Source: Polyangiaceae bacterium
GTDB lineage: Bacteria; Myxococcota_A; Polyangia; Polyangiales; Polyangiaceae
NCBI GenBank assembly: GCA_965222375.1
Contig: CBDCTZ010000016.1
Span: forward strand, 2,368,001 to 2,432,000
Length of the DNA stretch: 64,000 bases
Direction: 5' to 3'
Position numbers and translations under genes: made by a program. The notes under the pieces were generated by a model that was given only the letters and a program-made list of their open reading frames with translations, ran no database searches and was not told the origin of the DNA. This document shows positions 60,730 through 64,000 of this stretch, one piece after another (position 1 is the stretch's first letter; every line of letters starts with the position of its first letter).

Positions 60730-61380
60730 ATGCGTCGATTCGCTTCAGTCTGCGTGATCGTCATGTCTGTCGCGATATGGCCGGCCTGCAGCGACGATAC
60801 GAGCGCCGATCCTGGCTCGCCGGCGGACTCCGGCTCGGGCACGGGCGGCAGCGCGGGTGCGGCGGCAAGTGGTGGCGCAGCGGGGACCGGCGGAGCTGCG
60901 GGTAGCGGGGGCGCCGCAGGCAGCGGCACTGGCGGCGTCGTTGCGGATGCCAATTCGGATAGCACCGCGACCGGCGGCAGCGATGCGGCTGCTGACGGCA
61001 GTGCCGGTGCGAGCGGTGCCGCCGGAAGCGACGCCGGCATTGAGGGCGGTGCGGGTACGGGTGGCTTGGGTGGAATCGATGCGGGCAGCGACGGAAGTGC
61101 GGCGACGGGTGGTACCGGCGGCAGCGCGAGCGGTGGGGCGGGGGGCAGCGGGGGCAGTTGCGCCACTTGCAGCGAGTTGCTCGCGGGAACGAGCGCCAAG
61201 CCCCTGTGCCCGAACTCATCCGTGTTGCTATTTGCGCTGAAGAAGTGCTTGTGCACCTACTGTGCAACCGAGTGCAGCGACGACACCTGCTATCCGGGCA
61301 TCATTCCGGACTCCAAGTGCCTGGCCTGTGCGCAAACGACTTGTCTTTCGGAAGCTGCGTCCTGCAAGGCTGACAACTAA
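60730..61380 (+). CDS. Cys-rich lipoprotein
   Basis: WPAC lipobox, Gly/Ala linker, Cys-rich tail. Confidence 0.7.
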   Translation: MRRFASVCVIVMSVAIWPACSDDTSADPGSPADSGSGTGGSAGAAASGGAAGTGGAAGSGGAAGSGTGGVVADANSDSTATGGSDAAADGSAGASGAAGSDAGIEGGAGTGGLGGIDAGSDGSAATGGTGGSASGGAGGSGGSCATCSELLAGTSAKPLCPNSSVLLFALKKCLCTYCATECSDDTCYPGIIPDSKCLACAQTTCLSEAASCKADN

Positions 61381-61417
61381 CCCGTGCGCGGTCGGGCGCT
61401 GGAACCCGCTTTCGTCG

Positions 61418-62719
61418 TCAACCAACCGTGCGCGCCGGATCCAAAGTGTGAATCAGCAACCCGGTGGGTACCTTCGGGTGGAAGAAGGTTGACTTCTGCG
61501 GCATGACTTCGCCTGCTTCGGCAACTCGACGAATCGCGCTCACCGGAGTGGCGTTCATCATGAAGAGGACCTGAGCATCGCCCGCAGCCAGTTTGTCCAG
61601 TCCTTTGCGAGCATCCTGCAGGTAGATGATGTTCGTCTTCGCCGCCTGGGCCTCGGGCGACACACCCAATAGATGCTCGATGATGCCTGCGTGCAGCAGC
61701 GCCGCCGCGGTTGTGCGCACGACCTCTGGGCGCTTTCCCAGAACCGGGTGCGCCTCGAGATCTGCGCCTCGGCGCACGGTGAGCAGTACGGCTTGGGACT
61801 CGCTGGTTGCGGCGCATAGGGCCGCGCCGCCAGCCTGCTCCAGGGCCGCAGCCCATTTGGAGGCGGACCCGCCGAGAGGCGTGACGTCGAATAGGCCTCG
61901 CGCCTGCTGACAGAACTCCTCGAAGTCGAAGTGGTGCAGCGAGTGCAGCAAGCGATGCGTCGGGAAAACCAGGAGGTTCGGGTCATCTCCGTTGGCGAGT
62001 AGTGCCGGAGTGAACAGGTGCTCGCCGCGCGGCGCTTCCAACCCTTGGCCACGGGCGTCCGCGTCTATTTCGCCAGCCAGAGTCACGGCGGTTTCGTAGC
62101 GATGATGGCCATCGGCAATCAGCAGCTTGCCGCCGGCGAGGGCAGCTTGGATCCTGCTGATGGCTTCGGGTGACGTCACCAGCGACAGCTCGTGCTGGAC
62201 GCCATCGTCCGTAGTGAAGTCCGCAAAGGGCTCCCCCGCGTCGAGATCTGCGTCCAGTTTGCGCGCTGGATCCGCGTAGAGCATGAACTGCGGAGAAAGC
62301 GTGGCTCGGGTGGCGCGCGATAGGCTAATGCGGTCGAGCTTGGGCCCTTTCAGTGTTCGCTCGTGGGGCAGTACGACCCCAGCGCTGAACGGTACCGCAC
62401 GCACCAGTGCGAAGAAGCCCCGTCGCGTGCAGCGTTGGCCACCGGCGGGCGGGTCGAAGGTCTGCGAGTAGCGCCAAAACGCGCTCCGCCCCTGACGATG
62501 CAGCACGCCCTCCTTCTGCCATCGGGCAAAAAGGGCCTTGGCGTTTTCGTAGCGTTCGTCGGGGCCACCTTCGGGCAAGTCTAGGTGGACGACGTTGTGT
62601 TCGTGGCGAGCACCCAGAGACGCGCGCAGCTCAGGGCCAATCACGTCGTAGGGAGGCGCGACGACCTGAGGCAGCAGCTGCGCGTCGAAACACAACGGAT
62701 CGAGCGGCGCGATCTCCAT
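61418..62719 (-). CDS. DUF1015-family protein
   Basis: APPYDVI, PHERT, IADGHHRYETA, PTHR, MPQKSTFFHPK. Confidence 0.9.
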   Translation of the reverse strand: MEIAPLDPLCFDAQLLPQVVAPPYDVIGPELRASLGARHEHNVVHLDLPEGGPDERYENAKALFARWQKEGVLHRQGRSAFWRYSQTFDPPAGGQRCTRRGFFALVRAVPFSAGVVLPHERTLKGPKLDRISLSRATRATLSPQFMLYADPARKLDADLDAGEPFADFTTDDGVQHELSLVTSPEAISRIQAALAGGKLLIADGHHRYETAVTLAGEIDADARGQGLEAPRGEHLFTPALLANGDDPNLLVFPTHRLLHSLHHFDFEEFCQQARGLFDVTPLGGSASKWAAALEQAGGAALCAATSESQAVLLTVRRGADLEAHPVLGKRPEVVRTTAAALLHAGIIEHLLGVSPEAQAAKTNIIYLQDARKGLDKLAAGDAQVLFMMNATPVSAIRRVAEAGEVMPQKSTFFHPKVPTGLLIHTLDPARTVG

Positions 62720-62793
62720 GCCTTCCAACATACACGCTGGCACACGAAACGTAGAGTTTTTGCGCTCGCCGGCGGCATTCAGCTCACCGGGCT

Positions 62794-63168
62794 CAGCCCT
62801 TGAACCGCTCCGATGGCAGCGGAAGTTCCACGAGTTCGCCGTAGAGCAGTGCGTGGGGCGCACCCCCAGTCGATCCATGAGTCGGTCGTGGTTCGTCGCG
62901 ACGACGGCAGTGACCTCTGGATCTCGGCAGAAGCGCTCGATCACGTTGTGCACCAGGCCGAGGCTCTGGGTGTCCATGCCCGTGTCCGGATCGTCGAAGT
63001 AGACGAAGTTGGGTTCCAAGGCCATCGCCCGTGCCACCGCTACGCGCTTGCGAACCCCATGTGAGAGGTGGGCAGGCGAGGCGTGGAAGTCAGCCTGATT
63101 GATCCCCACCTTGTGCAGCGCCTCCCGCGCTCGGTCGTCGATAGTCTTGGGGTCGAGTTGGAGCACGT
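62794..63168 (-). pseudogene. C-terminal fragment of ABC transporter ATPase
   Basis: LSHG.RKRVAVARAM..EP...FDDPDTGMD; no Walker A; frameshift near 62850. Confidence 0.7.
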
Positions 63169-63171
63169 CTT

Positions 63172-63630
63172 TTGGACGAAGCCTTGGACCTGGCCGTTAG
63201 CGTCACTGGGGCTCGGCGGGGATACATCGAGTTGGGCTTCAAGGCCGAGCCGAGCCGGGACCTTTTGCAGCGGAGGACCAGGCGCTGGCCAAGATTTTCG
63301 CGCGGCATCTGGCTCCCCGGGCGGACCGAGTCTTGGCGCAAGAAGAGGACCAAAGGTCGCGCGACCATACCTCGGACCTGCGCACCCGGCTTTGCACCGA
63401 TAAGCTCGTAGGCCGAAGCCCAGCGCTAGCGAGATTGTTCCAATCCATGTTGGTCGCTGCCCCCGTGGACATGTCCGTGCTGATCACTGGCGAAAACGGC
63501 ACGGGCAAAACCGCCGTTGCCCGCGCCCTGCATGCTAGCTCGCCCCGCTCCGACGGACCCTTCGTCGAAGTGAATTGCGCCGCCATCCCTGGCGCACTCT
63601 TCGAAAGTGAACTTTTCGGTGCCGAGCGTC
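63172..63630 (+). pseudogene. Fragment of sigma-54 enhancer-binding protein
   Basis: GAF-like remnant, then [11 protein letters not shown] and VNCAAIP...ESELFG; truncated before GAFTGA. Confidence 0.75.
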
Positions 63631-63702
63631 GAGGCTTCCCTCGCGAGGGTGCCTTGACGCTGGCCCCGGGCGGCCACAAGTACGCCCGCTCGAGGAGGCA
63701 TC

Positions 63703-64000
63703 ATGTTGCGCTATCGGCTGTTGGGACGATCTGGGTTGCGGGTATCGGAGGTCTGCTTGGGCACCATGAGCTTCGGCGAGGCTTGGGGTTTTGGCGCCAC
63801 GGAGGCGGACAGTCACAAGGTGCTCGACGCCTATGCGGAAGGGGGGGGCAACTTCTTGGACACGGCCAACAAGTACCACGGTGGCGAAACCGAAGAGATC
63901 CTCGGCCGCTGGCTGGAGAACAAGCGCGATCGCATGATCGTGGCCACCAAGTACACGCTCTCCATGGACCACGAGAATCCCAACGCTTCCGGTAACCACC
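63703..64000 (+). CDS. Aldo/keto reductase (runs off the window end)
   Basis: GAGGAGG RBS; MLRYRLLGRSGLRVSEVCLGTMSFG...NFLDTANKY..GETE..G....R..IVATK. Confidence 0.9.
   Translation, partial: MLRYRLLGRSGLRVSEVCLGTMSFGEAWGFGATEADSHKVLDAYAEGGGNFLDTANKYHGGETEEILGRWLENKRDRMIVATKYTLSMDHENPNASGNH

Noticed and set aside
61418..63166. 582-aa ORF suggesting an ABC ATPase-DUF1015 fusion
   Set aside because: The ABC fragment frameshifts near 62850; its own end (LLYGELVELPLPSERFKG*) is in another frame. DUF1015 has its own start at 62719.

Overview
GC-rich bacterial window. The gene content (DUF2378, DUF1552/DUF1592 pair, Ser/Thr kinase, many Gly/Ser-linker Cys-rich lipoproteins) suggests a myxobacterium (Myxococcota, Polyangiaceae-like); this is inference. 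1-24 kb is an accessory, scar-rich mosaic. It holds a candidate anti-phage pair (degenerate STAND-NTPase/TPR protein coupled to a ComEC-type metallo-beta-lactamase), an AbiE-type TA pair, PadR-amidohydrolase, a flavin halogenase-like gene, cstA, lipoproteins and several truncated gene fragments. 24-43.5 kb carries two redox operons: FNR-like/rnfB/PFOR/rnfC/rnfD-G/rnfE/rnfA and a group 3b [NiFe]-hydrogenase. 44-64 kb is more ordinary (icd, lipoproteins, DUF1552/1592, DUF1015, aldo/keto reductase). The most unusual signal is a family of non-coding ends. An L motif (CTC|GTCGCATGGGTTGTCGATG-like, 5 copies) and an R motif (two hairpins + CCAAATACGAC|TC(AAACC)n, 6 copies) are imperfect inverted repeats of each other. 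They bracket gene cargo (including the defence block) and also occur as a 72-bp empty unit, with no transposase or integrase in the window. No rRNA, tRNA or CRISPR array was seen. All calls come from reading motifs by eye; no database searches were run.
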